The notes: a model not told the origin generated them from the letters alone. A stretch of DNA of 62,375 nucleotides, filler included, from Squatina squatina (GCA_031763465.1; 4 parts of 4 records of this genome joined end to end with filler, not necessarily neighbours in it), one strand, 5' to 3'; shown: positions 40,159 through 53,129, counted from the whole stretch's first letter. Numbers and translations: made by a program.

Positions 40159-42081
40159 ATGTTTGTTTGTTCTGTCTGTGGGAAAAGATTTCCAACATTA
40201 GTGTGACTGGAAAAGCACTGAGACACCCACCACCCGAGTGAGAGTGTTCCAGTGCACTGACTGTGGAAAGAGCTTTAACCAGTTACACAGCCTGAAAAAT
40301 CATCGCACCATTCACAGTGGGGAGAAACCGTACACATGTTCTGTGTGTGGACGAGGCTTCAACCGATCATCCAACCTGGAGAGACACAGGAAACCCGCAC
40401 CGGAGAGAAACCGTGGAAATGTGGAGACTGTGGGAAGGGATTCAATTATCCATCGGGACTGGAAACTCATCGGCGCAGTCACACTGGAGAGAGGCCATTC
40501 ACCTGTTCTGAATGTGGGAAAGGATTCACTGATTCATCCAACCTGCAGACACACCAACGAGTTCACACTGGAGAGAGGCCGTTCACCTGCTCCGTGTGTG
40601 GGAAGAGATTCACTCAGACATCCCACCTTCTAACACACCAAAGAGTTCACACTGGGGAGAGGCCATTCACCTGTTCTGAGTGTGGGAAGGCATTCACTCG
40701 GTCATCCCACCTGCTCTCACACAAGCGAGTTCACACTGGGGAGAGATTGTTCACTTGCTCTGTGTGTGGGAAGACATTCACTCATTCATCAGGCCTGTTG
40801 GCACACCAGCGAGTTCACACTGGGGAGAGGCCGTTCACCTGCTCTGTGTGTGGGAAGGCATTCACTCATTCATCAAGCCTGCTGAGACACAATCGCGTTC
40901 ACACTGGGGAGAGACTATTCACTTGTTGTGACTGTGGAAAGCCATTCACTCGTTCATCCGACCTGCTGACACACCAGCGAGTTCACACTGGGGAGAGCCC
41001 ACTCACCTGCTCCGAGTGTGGGAAGGGATTCCCTTCATCATGCTGCCTGCTGAGACACCAGCGAGTTCACACAGGGGAGAGGTTCACCTGCTCTGAATGT
41101 GGGAAGGCATTCACTTGGTCATCCAAACTGCTGGCACACCAGCGCATTCACACCGGGGAGAGACCGTTTAACTGCTCTGAGTGTGGCAAGCGATTCACTC
41201 AGTCATCCGACCTGCTGGCACACCATCGAGTTCACACTGGAGAGAGGCCATTCACCTGCTCTGACTGTGGGAAGGGATTCATTCTGTCATCCCAGCTGCT
41301 GACACACCAGCGAATTCACACTGGGGAGAGACCGTTCACCTGCTCTGACTGTGGGAATGCATTCACTCGGTCATCCGACCTGCTGAAACACCAGCGGGTT
41401 CACACTAGGGAGAGACCGTTCACCTGCTCTGAGTGTGGAAAGGGATTCACTCAGTCATCTCACCTGCTGATACACCAGCAAGTTCACACTGGGGAGAGGT
41501 CATTCACCTGTCCTGACTGTGGGAAGGGATTCACTCAGTTATCCAACCTGCTGACACACCGGCGCGTTCACACTGGGGAGAGACCATTCACCTGCTCTGA
41601 CTGTGGGAATGCATTCATTCGGTCTTCCGACCTGCTGAAACACCAGCGAGTTCACACTGGGGAGCGACCATTCACCTGCTCTGAATGTGGGAAGAAATTC
41701 ACTTCGTCATCCCACCTGCTGGAACACCAGCGAGTTCACACTGGGGAGCGACCATTCACCTGCTCTGAGTGTGGGAAGGGATTCACTCGGTCATCCAACC
41801 TGCTGGCACACCAGCGAGTTCATACTGGGGAGAAATCATTCATCTGCTCCGTGTGTGCGAAGGGATTCACTCGGTCTTCTGATCTGCTGGCACACCAGCG
41901 AGTTCACACTGGGGAGAGACTGTTCACTTGCTCGGAGTGTGGGAAGAGATTCACTTGGTCATCCAATCTGCTGGCACACCAGCGAGTTCACACTGGGGAG
42001 AGACCGTTCACCTGCTCCGTGTGTGGGAAGAAATTCACTCGGTCATCCCACCTGCTGAGACACCAGCGAGTTCACAAGTGA
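40159..42081 (+). CDS. Tandem C2H2 zinc-finger gene: 20 intact in-frame fingers preceded by disrupted fingers (possible pseudogene)
   Basis: Twenty CxxC-x12-HxxxH units with TGERP-type linkers from ~40410 to the stop at 42081. Two more fingers lie upstream in another frame (1-nt shift near 40390), and one finger has TGA stops at ~40204-40221. No KRAB/SCAN/BTB domain seen. Confidence 0.93.
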
Positions 42082-42869
42082 CTGCAGGGTTTGGACTCTG
42101 CAGTTTTTGCTGATGTTAATCACATCTCGACTGACTCATCTTCATTCTGACAGTCGAAGTTTGTTTCTGCTGATGTTGATAACACCTATAACTGGGCAGG
42201 AGTTCAATATTTTGATATTTCAAATAACGCAGTCTGTCAATATTTCATTTCTCCAAGATAAGAGGAGACTAATTGATGTTCTGTTACCGACTGCTCCATT
42301 TTTTAACCTTTTCTCCTTTCGAACTCGAGATTATATCAGTTCTCATTCCTCCGGTTACTCTGATGGGCAAGTCCCAGCTCCCCATACCTTCCAGAGTGCC
42401 TCTCCAAGCCTTGCTATCAAGGGAAGGTGTGAGAGTGTTGGCATATGGAACTCAGTTAGTTCAGCTTCTGAAAGGTGTTCTTGTTTAGTTCATTTGATGG
42501 AGGGGAAAATGTGGTCTGTATCATTACAGAAAGAGAGAAATTTCACTGAGCAACAGCTGGTTTTGCAACCACTGGCCTTGGATATTTTCATCATAGAACA
42601 TTTAGATTGGAAATATTATGTTAGGATAAGAAAAGTCTGGAGACGAGTGGTTTGGAAGGCCACAGTGTTTGTAATGTTGTATGTTGAAGAAAATGCAGAC
42701 TTGTGCCTCTGGACTATGCAGTAGCCAGAGACTGCCATATTAGGCAATGCCAGCTCCAGTTTGAGAAGAGATTGACAGCATAGCAAAAGATCCAGCAGTT
42801 TTAAATATTTATCTCGTTATCTGTAGCCATTAAATTTCACAGCCTGATAGCAAAATTGAATTGTTATGG

Positions 42870-43445
42870 AATGGAAAAGTAGTGAAGTTATGTTAAACTT
42901 GTATTGAACCTTGGTTAGACCAGACTTGGAGTACTGCGTACAATTTTAGTCGCCGTATTACAAAAATGGTGCAGAGAAGATTTACAAGGAAGACTCCATA
43001 AATGAAAGGGCATGCCTATCATAAATGATGGACAGGCTGGGTCTCTTTCCTCTTGAAAAAAGAAGGCTGAGAGTGACCTAATGGAGCTCTTTAAAATTAT
43101 GGAGGGTTTTGATACAGTCGATGCAGAGAGAGTGTTCCACTTATGGAGAGGAGCATAACTGAGGTCAAGAATATAAGATAGTCACCAAGAAATCAAATAG
43201 GGAATTCAGAAGAAACTTCTTTACCAAAGAGTGGTGAGAATGTGGAAGTCGCTACCACAGGGAGTGGTTGAAAGGGAATAATGTAGATGCATTTAAGGGG
43301 AGGCTAGACAAGGGGGATGGGAATAGAGGGTTATGCTGATCGAGTTAGATGAGGAAAGACGGGAGGAGGTTCGTGTGGAGCATGGACTGGTTGGGCCGAA
43401 TGGTATGTTTCTGTGCCGTATATCATTTGAATATCCTTGAAATAT
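42870..43445 (+). mobile_element. CR1 LINE 3' fragment
   Basis: LVRPDLEYCVQF and EFRRNFF motifs; same tail family as 34030-34600. Confidence 0.9.
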
Positions 43446-44959
43446 CCTATTTTCCAAGTCACAGTGCTCGAAGAGGAAGATAAATTACTTGGATCCAAAT
43501 ACAATTGTTAATTTTGTCTTCTTTGTAAAATCACAAATCTGGGCATAATTAGTTTGTGAAATTAAAATTGATTATATAAATTGATAAGAGTTGTCGTTTC
43601 AGCACAAGGGAGGGGAAACTTAGCTGAAATTTAATTGGAGAGTCAGGTTTTATTTTTGAAAAAGTCCAGTCTGAGTGGTTCTGTACAAACTATGTATTGA
43701 GGAAGAAGTCTTTGGGTGGCGACTGGTGCGTTAAAGGTAACTAACATCTGTCATTTTGCAGCCTGAGTTGTTCTCTGACATATTTTAGGGAATAAATGGT
43801 CCAAGAAGAGGTTCATTTAAATAAAACTAAACAAACAAAATGGCTTAAAACTTGGACCAAGTGGGAATGTTTGATCGATGTTTTAAAGATACTGTGAAAA
43901 TAATGTATTGGACAGTAAGTTTCCTCCAGGGCTCATGAATGAAATGGTGAATACTGTATCAAATTTAACGAGGGGAAGTCAGTGAGGCTATAAGATGAAA
44001 ACAGGAAAATGACACCACCAAATGGGAATTCTTCTCAAATCATTGTTCTTAGGTGAATTGGCACAAATCGTCTAGGTGCAATCTGGTATTGTAAATTCTT
44101 GTCAAAGCCAGGGAAGTGTGGTAAATTGATAAGCTTTCTCTTCGAGATGCCTGTTTCAATGCCTGTACTGAACAACAAGAAAACTGAATTTCATAGCCTG
44201 GCCACTAGCCGAGAGATCGGGACCATGCGCAGGGAGATGAGCAAGGTCTCCAGACACCCCACGATCCTTTGATAAGACCACCTGAAAGGCCCAGAATGAG
44301 AGTGATTGAGTGTCTGTGTCTCTGGCCCTGAATTTGCAATCAGAGGCTTCCTGTGTGGAAGCCTCCGATCGCAAAATTGTTCACGAACTTAACCGACTGC
44401 CCTCGATCCATGTGAGCTTGCGATTTTCTTCTCCCACAGATTAATGTACATCGCATCTCTGTTCTTTCATGGGGAAGTCAAAAAAAGGCTGTGGAGAGGT
44501 TACATGGGAGGCCCCAACCAATCAGGTAGGAGTATCTCTCATTCAAGCTTTGACAGTTCTGACAGATCCGTCAAAGCTTGAATGAGAGATGAAAAACTAC
44601 ATAAACACATCACAAAACATTTTTAAAACTATTCTAACATTTATGTTTATGAAAAAGGAGATACATAAGATTTTTTTTTAATCTTCTAAAATGTTTAAAA
44701 ACATACCATAATTGGAATGGTTTTAAAGTAATGTACTAGAGATAGAACACACCAACATTGTAAAAGACTACGATACAAACTTAAAAGGTAATGAGAGCAG
44801 GTTATTTTAAAGTAAGAAATGTCTTGTGTTGACGGTAATCATCACATGTGAGACTAAAGAAAATACATCCCACCTCACACAAAGAATTCTCCCTGTCCAA
44901 TCCAGCAAAATAACCCAAACGTCAATGGACGAGACGTAATTGAATCAGGAAATGTTTTA

Positions 44960-46336
44960 TAAAACGCTTTGTGTTTTGAAATTGTTAATTGAAATCAAAA
45001 GTGTTAAACATGAGCTTGAATCTGTTAACTAGACTATCTGAAGGGAGATATTCACAATTAATAGACAAAATGGTAGGAGAATTAGTAAGGGATATGTCAG
45101 CAAAGAATAGAAATCCGGAACCAAGGGATGAGGAAGATGGGGAACATAAGGAGAATCAGTTAAATCACAAAGAAAGCAAGAGCTGACAGGATAGCTCGGA
45201 ATCGGAGCCACGGCAAGGTTAGCAGGAGTAATCAGAATAGATATAGAAAGTATGTGGGAACACGATGAGGTAATGAAGAGGCAATTACAAAGATTATCAA
45301 CAAACAATGAGGCTAACCAGAATCAAGACCTTACTAAAGGTATCATGTGTAGCCTCTGTGTGACATTTGTGCTGAATGTGGTACAGAAGGGACTGGACAA
45401 CATAGAGGGGAATCAGATCTCTTTGTTTATTTATGATGAACTACTGAGAAAATAGTTTAAAGGAACCAAGACATAGACTATGATGTGATGCAGCAAATGG
45501 CAATGTGGTTTTTGACCCCGAGGGAAGGGAAAAGAAAAGAAGATATCAGACCAGTGGGATTTATTAAGGAAAAATGGAAATGAAACAAAACCTTGGAAGG
45601 TGTATCGGGTAGAATCGGTTACAATGGTGGAGACACTGAGTTAGGTCTGATCCATAAACAGTATGAGGAATATCCAAGATATCTGATTAAGAAGGAAGGA
45701 ACTTGGATATCACCAGATATGCAGTATTTACCCTGAAAGGGAGTTTGTCGATGTGACGTAGTCCATCAACATGCTGTTCCAGCTTGTGGGTTCACTCTCG
45801 ACAAAGAATCACCAGAATTCCAGATTGGAATGAGTAAATGGAACGAAGACCAAACTAATACTGTGTATAAAGGAAAAGGACAGTATTGTGTGACTACTAC
45901 TGCCACTTGTATAACTGGGTTCAACCTGATGCCCCAAACTAGAGCATCACTTTTGTTTGATTCCAACGAGAAACAGGCGTATCGGTGTTAAAACTGGTCC
46001 ATCATCATAACACCACTTATCTGCAGATGAGACTGACTCTGGAGGATGAAGATATTCGAGCCATTCCACATATGGGACACTATAGACCCCCCTGTCTCTG
46101 GCTTTAAAGGTCATCATTGAGTGAATTGGGACATCCCAGAAACACATAGTGCAAATGATACAGACAAATAGAGAGACAGAACAGGCAATCCCGAGTCTTG
46201 GGAATCATGAATGGTGGGAAGTAGTATCTAGTGTGGACCTACATCCTTGAGCTGGATTATTCCAGATGGGATTGGTGATCGCACAGATAATAGCTTCAGG
46301 GATTCTGGTCATTGTATTATTATGTGTAAGGAAGTC
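44960..46336 (+). pseudogene. Decayed endogenous viral envelope (class I fusion; lokiretrovirus-like)
   Basis: Manual translation: QRKQ|ELTG*LGIGATARLAGVIRIDIE (basic site plus fusion-peptide-like segment, 45168), heptad region, Cys-containing core VPACGF...YKGKGQYCVTT..CPKLEHHFCLIP, then GNHEWWEV..LHP and the TM GLVIAQIIASGILVIVLLCVRK. Multiple stops and frameshifts. Confidence 0.6.
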
Positions 46337-46436
46337 NNNNNNNNNNNNNNNNNNNNNNNNNNNNNNNNNNNNNNNNNNNNTTAATTAATTAANNNNNNNN
46401 NNNNNNNNNNNNNNNNNNNNNNNNNNNNNNNNNNNN
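46337..46436. other. Artificial contig-joining linker
   Basis: N-run + TTAATTAATTAA (46381-46392) + N-run. Confidence 0.97.
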
Positions 46437-46485
46437 ACAAATCTACAGGTCTGAATAAGTCATAAACACAAGAGTTGTAACAAAC

Positions 46486-46651
46486 CTGACTCATCCACAA
46501 CCGGCAAGGCAGAAACCCTTCTTTCCACAAATATACTCAGGGCTTTTATAATAGGAGTGTTTGGATGGATAAAGGCAATATTAAGGTACGTTCCTATCCC
46601 AAGTTCCTCCAGTGTTTTCTTCATAAAGGCAGGCTTTGGCATCTCAGAGAC
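46486..46651 (-). CDS. PRKAG2: AMPK gamma subunit internal exon (CBS3 region, 166 nt)
   Basis: Acceptor cctatAG|GTC, donor TCA G|GTTTGT. Encodes [55 protein letters not shown](G); [19 protein letters not shown] is gamma2-type. Confidence 0.9.
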
Positions 46652-47164
46652 CTATAGGACAACAAAGGAAAACTTATTTACTACCCCAAAATTCATATTT
46701 GTCTCAAGGCACTTGCAGTATACAATGTTCCCACAGCTGGACCAGATCAGATAGGGCGTCCCGTCACTTGTAAAATAGATCATGGTAGGAGTCTCATACG
46801 AACTGTATTAACACCTCACCGTTGAGACTCATTCTCTATTTTAAGTCAGCTACTTAATCTGATTTTTCAGTATAAAAAGAGGAAAGGACAGCTGCTAAAC
46901 TTCTGTTTTGCTTTTGGATAATCAATTTAGGCTTGCAGTGGCATTCCTACACTTAGTTATAGCTGGAAGTTTAAGAAATGATTNNNNNNNNNNNNNNNNN
47001 NNNNNNNNNNNNNNNNNNNNNNNNNNNNNNNNNNNNNNNNNNNNNNNNNNNNNNNNNNNNNNNNNNNNNNNNNNNNNNNNNNNTTGTGTTTCCTGTCTTT
47101 TTTTTCGATCCGTTTTTTCCCCCCTTCCTCTGTCTCCCCGTTCAGGTTCCCATCTCCCTGGCAT

Positions 47165-47455
47165 TCTAGCAGTGTGATAATGACCAGATCATCTGTTTTT
47201 GTTATGTCGATTGAGGGATAAACATTGGCCAGTCCACCGGGGATAACTCCCCTGCTCTTCTTCAAAATAGTGCCATAGAATCTTTTACGTCCACCTGAGA
47301 GAGCAGACGGGGCCTCGGTTTAACGTCTCGTCTGAAACACGGCCCCTCCGATAGTGCAGCGCTCTCTCAGTACTGTACTGGAGTGTCAGTCAGCAGTGGG
47401 ACTTGAACCCAATACCTCAGAAGTGAGTGTGCTACCCACTGAGTCACAGCTGACA
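47165..47455 (-). mobile_element. Deu-domain SINE (5' two-thirds)
   Basis: Well-preserved core ttttacgtccacctgagagagcagacggggcctcggtttaacgtctcgtctgaaa, plus the tRNA head gggacttgaaccc. Confidence 0.85.
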
Positions 47456-48983
47456 TGAGAAAACAGTAAACAGTAAAAGAACAAGCAGAAAGAAATCATT
47501 CATACTTCAGTTGATACATTATGCCATGCATGCAGTAGAAAATAAGTGGTTTGCACCTCGATTGCTAAACCCATAACTATATTTACTTTTTATTCATAGC
47601 TTTTTTAAAAAAAAATCCTTTCCTCGCTAACTAAGGAAGTTGTCTAGCTTATCACATTCTCTTCAGAGGTTCCAGTCAAACAATCTGTCTTTAGAAGGTT
47701 CCAAATCAAAATTATTGATTTGAAAAGCACACACTAATAAGCACCCCTGAAGAGTAAGCAGAGCCAAACAGTTATTCAAATAACTCCCTCTTAAATTCAA
47801 AAAGATGCCAGACATCTGAACAAAATCACAGTATGCTTGTATTTGAACTGAATGACTTGGTTCCTCCCTCAAGCAAATTACCTGGAGACCAAACTGACTA
47901 ACTGACGTAATATTAGAGTTAAGGCTGAACAAAATTTCGAAGTGAGGCTGGTTATTAAGCTTTCATGAACTGCAACAGAACTAAAGATGCCAGTATCAAA
48001 CTAAATGTTTAGAAACGCTTAATTTTTCTTGCATGCATCTAGTTTGGTTCCCTCCAGTGAAACCCTTCCTACAAAGTTTGCAAAATTCATCACTTTTGAT
48101 TCCCTTGAAAACATCTGGCAGCTGAACTGGAAAATTCCACTTCACCAGCTTGCCTCGGGCAAAGTATTCTAACTTGCTAACCAGAATGCCAAAGCCACAT
48201 CGCTTCACGGATTTTAGCTCATCCCTTCCTGCAACTGTGTTCATCCTATCCCTCTCCAATCCTCCGATTATTTTCTTGCTATATTTGGTCTTTAGAGACT
48301 AGCTGCAGCTCTCCCCACCTCACCAGCTTAGACTGCTGGTACAGACTTGAAAGCTTTGTGGGCAAGACAGACAAACCAACCACATTAAAGCTATTAACTA
48401 CGCAATGTGGTTTACCTACCTCGCATCTGGTGTTATGTTCACTAAAGGCTTAAATGTTTCTTGTAAATAAAGCTCTGAGGAGAGAAAACAAAGCACATGT
48501 NNNNNNNNNNNNNNNNNNNNNNNNNNNNNNNNNNNNNNNNNNNNNNNNNNNNNNNNNNNNNNNNNNNNNNNNNNNNNNNNNNNNNNNNNNNNNNNNNNNN
48601 AGGAATAGGATCACAAGCAATTTTTTCTCTCTTTGACCTGCAGTCTTACCCTCTTACACCCTGAAACCACAAGAACACAGCAATATGCTATTTGTACAGG
48701 TGTGCGTACACTCCTGTGGAGAGTTTTGGGGCATTCCACTACGTTAAGGGCGCTATATAAATACAAGTTGTGGTGGTTTTTGCTGAGGTAAATGAATTGA
48801 ATCTTTCTAATAGATTTTTTTTCCCATTACAGTGTTATTGAATGGTGAGTACTAGTCAGATAAGGCACAGAAATTTCCTACACACAATCATAAAATCTCA
48901 GTATGAACCCCAGTTGCTTTTTTTCATGGAATTCATTTGTTTTGCCTCTCAAGATTTTAATGTTGACCATTGAAAGTACTTAC

Positions 48984-49042
48984 CATGGGTGACTTGTAGT
49001 ATCTGTGCAGTATGTTTATGAAGTCTGTTATGGTTAACATTC
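48984..49042 (-). CDS. PRKAG2: AMPK gamma internal exon (59 nt, end of CBS1)
   Basis: Acceptor ttcttcctAG|GA ATG, donor ATG|GTAAGT. Encodes (G)[19 protein letters not shown]. Confidence 0.93.
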
Positions 49043-50639
49043 CTAGGAAGAAAGAAACATTATTAATTGAGGTCACAGAATGTCGCAGCATATTGTACGA
49101 CTGAAGCCTGTCATTTGGCGTATCCTAGTAGAAAACTGTTTCATTAAGGCCCTAATACTGTTTAAACACAGTGGGAGTCAGTAGGTGAGAAAACCTCCCC
49201 ATGCAATCAGCAGCCACATCATCATTAAATTGGCATCAAATTCACCAGCTTCAAAACCAAGCGTTGATTTAAAATGAAGCACATCGAGCACAAAGCAAAA
49301 AGGTACGAGAGATAAAGTAGGACAAGATGTTTTTTCAAACTCTGTGGCTGGCCAGTTGGATCATAACCGTCTCTCCTAGTTCTGTACATTTCTAATACAG
49401 TAAAGGCAGTGTCATACAGATTTAGAGTTAAAACATCAACACAATACTGGCATAGCAGCCTCCCTTTAGACCCTGTGCCCAGAGATACTATATATTCACA
49501 ATTTTGCCTAGTCAGGACCTCCTGCAGTATTAGATTAATGTTCATTCTAAGCCTTGCGGCATTCAATTTCTCGAACTGCGTGAGTTCACCGAATAGAAAT
49601 GAAGTCTTAAATAGAATCCAAGCCACTATTAGCACCAGGGTCACTGAGGTTGTGGGAAGAAAGCCATGTTTTTGTAAACAAGTCTACAACATTATTCAGC
49701 TGATAATATGCTGTTGGAGTTTAACCTGTTCATTTTCAGTCTCACAATCCATATTCTGCTGCCACTCCCTCCTCACTGCCCTGCTCCAGATTCACAGTGT
49801 GGGCTGATTGAGATGTGAGATGGATCTATTAAACAGCAGCGAATTGGTGGAGAATGTGATGGGTCTTCCGCTCGAACTTCCCAGACACAGAAATCCAGTC
49901 CTGTACAACTCATCACTCAATATTCTGCAGACCCCAGTCTTGCCTGCTTCCTTCGTTATATGCCGTGCACATTTTATTCCCTCAGCACCATTTGTTCGAT
50001 CAAGAGATTGGAATCGCTGTTTCACCTTGTCGGTGAAGCAGTCAGTTTCACAAACCATTCTCCCAGTTCCTCCGTCTCCGTCGCATCTGTTCTGATGATG
50101 CCACCTTCCAAACCAGCGCTTCCGACATGTCNNNNNNNNNNNNNNNNNNNNNNNNNNNNNNNNNNNNNNNNNNNNNNNNNNNNNNNNNNNNNNNNNNNNN
50201 NNNNNNNNNNNNNNNNNNNNNNNNNNNNNNNCAGGACCTCCGACCTCGACCTGCTCCCCAGCCGTATTCGCACATGATTGTAGCCTCCCCTTAAACTGTG
50301 GGGCGAATATTAGTGCACTGATCATGCACGTAGAAGTAAATTTTCAGAATTATTTCTCCCAGCTACTATTATATAATTGAGAAACCTGTCAGTGAATAAA
50401 AACCTTTCTTGTGGTGCTAAAATTAACACTGGAAGCTAAATTTCTGCAGAACAAAGCAGTTTGCATTTAGAACAGCAGAGAGGGGCCATTTTTAACTTGG
50501 CCATATCAGCACTAACAGGGCAGTAAAGGCCTCGAAATAAGACTGGTAGAATTACTCGTCATTGCCTGGGCAGAGGGCAGAAAGAAGAATCTTGGGCTGA
50601 AGATCACATGCCAGTAACAGAATCCAGTAAGGGCGGTAC

Positions 50640-51000
50640 ATAAGAACATAAGAAAGAGGAGCAGGAGTAGGGCATACAGCCCATCGAGCCTGCTTCGGTA
50701 TTCAATAAGATCATGGCTGAACTTCTACATCAACTCCACTTTCCCTCCCTATCCCCATATTGCTTGATTGCCTTAGTATCCAAAAATCTATCAATCTCAC
50801 TCTTGAATATATTCAAATGAGCATCCACAGCCCTCTGTGGTAAAGAATTCGCAAGATTCACAACACTCCGAGTGAAATTTTTTTCCTTATCTCAGTCCTA
50901 AATGTCCGACCCCTTATCCTGAGATTATGGCCCCTAGTTCTAGCCACTCCAGCCAGGAGAAACAACCTCTCAGCATCTACCCTGTGAAGCCCTCTAAGAA
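50640..51000 (-). mobile_element. CR1 LINE 3' end
   Basis: (cataagaa)n tail, ggagcaggagtagg..., atccacagccctctgtggtaaagaattc. Confidence 0.85.
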
Positions 51001-52805
51001 TTTTATGGGCATGGGAACTCCACTGACGCCACATGAGGTAGGTGAGGTAGAGGGATCGCNNNNNNNNNNNNNNNNNNNNNNNNNNNNNNNNNNNNNNNNN
51101 NNNNNNNNNNNNNNNNNNNNNNNNNNNNNNNNNNNNNNNNNNNNNNNNNNNNNNNNNNNGCTGGTTGTAGGCTCAGACTCTTATTGTTCCAGTCATTTCA
51201 TTTTTATCTCCTGATAATTTAAACCCGACGGCATGTATTAAAGTGACTGCTCCTCATCATCTCTCATCCCAATAAAGGAACTTTCCATCCGGTTAATGTC
51301 ATGGCTGCTTGTACAGCCGGCAGACTCACTGGAACCGGGAGAAATTAGAATTTTAGAGCCAGGCAGAATGTGTATGCAAACTCTTCCAGCAGCAGTTGCT
51401 CTGNNNNNNNNNNGTGCTGGAGGCCACTTGGCCCATCGTGCCCGTGCCGGCTCTTTGAACGAGCTATCCAATTAGTCCCACTGCCCTGCTCTTTCCCCGT
51501 AGCCCTGCAAATTGAACGCAAGAGATTTAAAATGGCAAGCAAGAGAAGCTGGAGAGTTGCGAAGCTGTTGAATTCATTCCAGGGTTGGTTGCTGAGGCAG
51601 AAACTGCGCCAACAGTCAAAATGAGAATTGGAAGGGTAGATGAAGGAAAGGGGAATGAAGAGGCATGGGAACAGAATGGGTAAACGTGGTTAGGATTACT
51701 TGCTTATGTTGAGGTTATATTTTTCGGTGCGAATCGTATGTGACAAGTGTTTGATCACAATTACTCCATGAAAGGGAAACGACTCGAGAGTTAGGCAGAC
51801 AATGTGGCAGCAATACATCAAAGGTTACTTAACAGCCGCAGTCTAAAAGCTTCAGCAAAGTTCAACTTCCCCAGGGAAAGCTTTTTTTTTCCCTTTTTCG
51901 CTAACCAGCTCACAGGAACCACTCAGCCTTAACAAATGGAGTTTATGGAGTGCACATCAGAGGAGGCAGTCTGAACTGGATCGCAAATTTATTGCTCCGC
52001 TGCAGTGAAAGGAATGGAAAATAAGCTCAACTTCCAACAAATAAATCGAACTCCTATTGAGCCTCGTAGAGCTCCGATCGTACGTCTGCATCATTTAGAA
52101 GAACTGTCCTGGAAACTTTGTGCCAAATATATTCCGGTAAAACTATTTTTTTCTACCCAAGTACATCAGGGATGTTTTATCAAAGCAATTGCATGCCAGT
52201 GGAACTTGAATGTAGAACGTTCCTTAATATTCTCCAACTCTGTCCTTCACAAACTATTTCCTGCAAACCGGATTTGACTATAGGATTTAGATGAAGTAGG
52301 GTGAGAGGAGGCTCGTGTGGAGCATAAACACTGGCATAGACCAGTTGGGCTAAATGGCCTGTTTCTGTGCTTAAGTCTTTGTCACTGCTCAAATAATTCC
52401 TTTTTAAAATGGCCAAAACTGACTCCCAGNNNNNNNNNNNNNNNNNNNNNNNNNNNNNNNNNNNNNNNNNNNNNNNNNNNNNNNNNNNNNNNNNNNNNNN
52501 NNNNNNNNNNNNNNNNNNNNNNNNNNNNNCTGCCATTATATGAAAGAATATATACCACACTATGCTACACAAAGTTTAAATAGCCCATGGGTCTGACCAG
52601 ATGTAGTGCACTCACAGCTTCCTTACCTTGCATCAGCTGGTCACTTCTCTATTTGTTACTAAAATGTCGTATCACATCGGAAGGAGAGTGCATGTTCCAT
52701 AAATAGTAATTGTCCTCTCCACTCAGCATGGTGCCAGTTGTAGGATATCTGTGCAAGGTACCTCACCCAGACCCATTTCTATAAAAGCATATTCTTTAAA
52801 GAATA

Positions 52806-52975
52806 AATTGCATTTATATAGCGCTTTTCAAAGCCTCAGGATATTCCAATCGGCTTCACAGCCAATTAGTATTTTTGAAGTGTAGTCACTGTCGCAATGT
52901 AGAAAACACAACAGTCAATTTGCATGTGTCAAGGTCCCACAAACAGCAGTGAAATAAATGACCAGGTCATCTGCA
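52806..52975 (-). mobile_element. Deu-domain SINE 3' fragment
   Basis: ttgcatttatatagcgc...cagccaat...tttgaagtgtagtcactg...cccacaaacagca. Confidence 0.8.
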
Positions 52976-53129
52976 AAATAAATCTAATTATACATCTATA
53001 TATATGGTGCAGGGAGGAGGCTAAACTTCGTAAACTAGCAAATCGGTGGAATTACAGGTGCAAAACGTACTGATCAATCTTGAAATAACACAATCTCCGA
53101 GGTACAACCCACAGCTGTCATCTTCTTAC

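Noticed and set aside
42107-42724. 205-aa ORF after the ZNF stop
   Set aside because: No recognisable domain; it overlaps the ZNF 3' UTR element and decayed repeat sequence.
43700-44950. gag/pol or LTR belonging to the env fossil
   Set aside because: Purine-rich and suggestive, but I could not recognise RT, integrase, PBS or LTR motifs with confidence.
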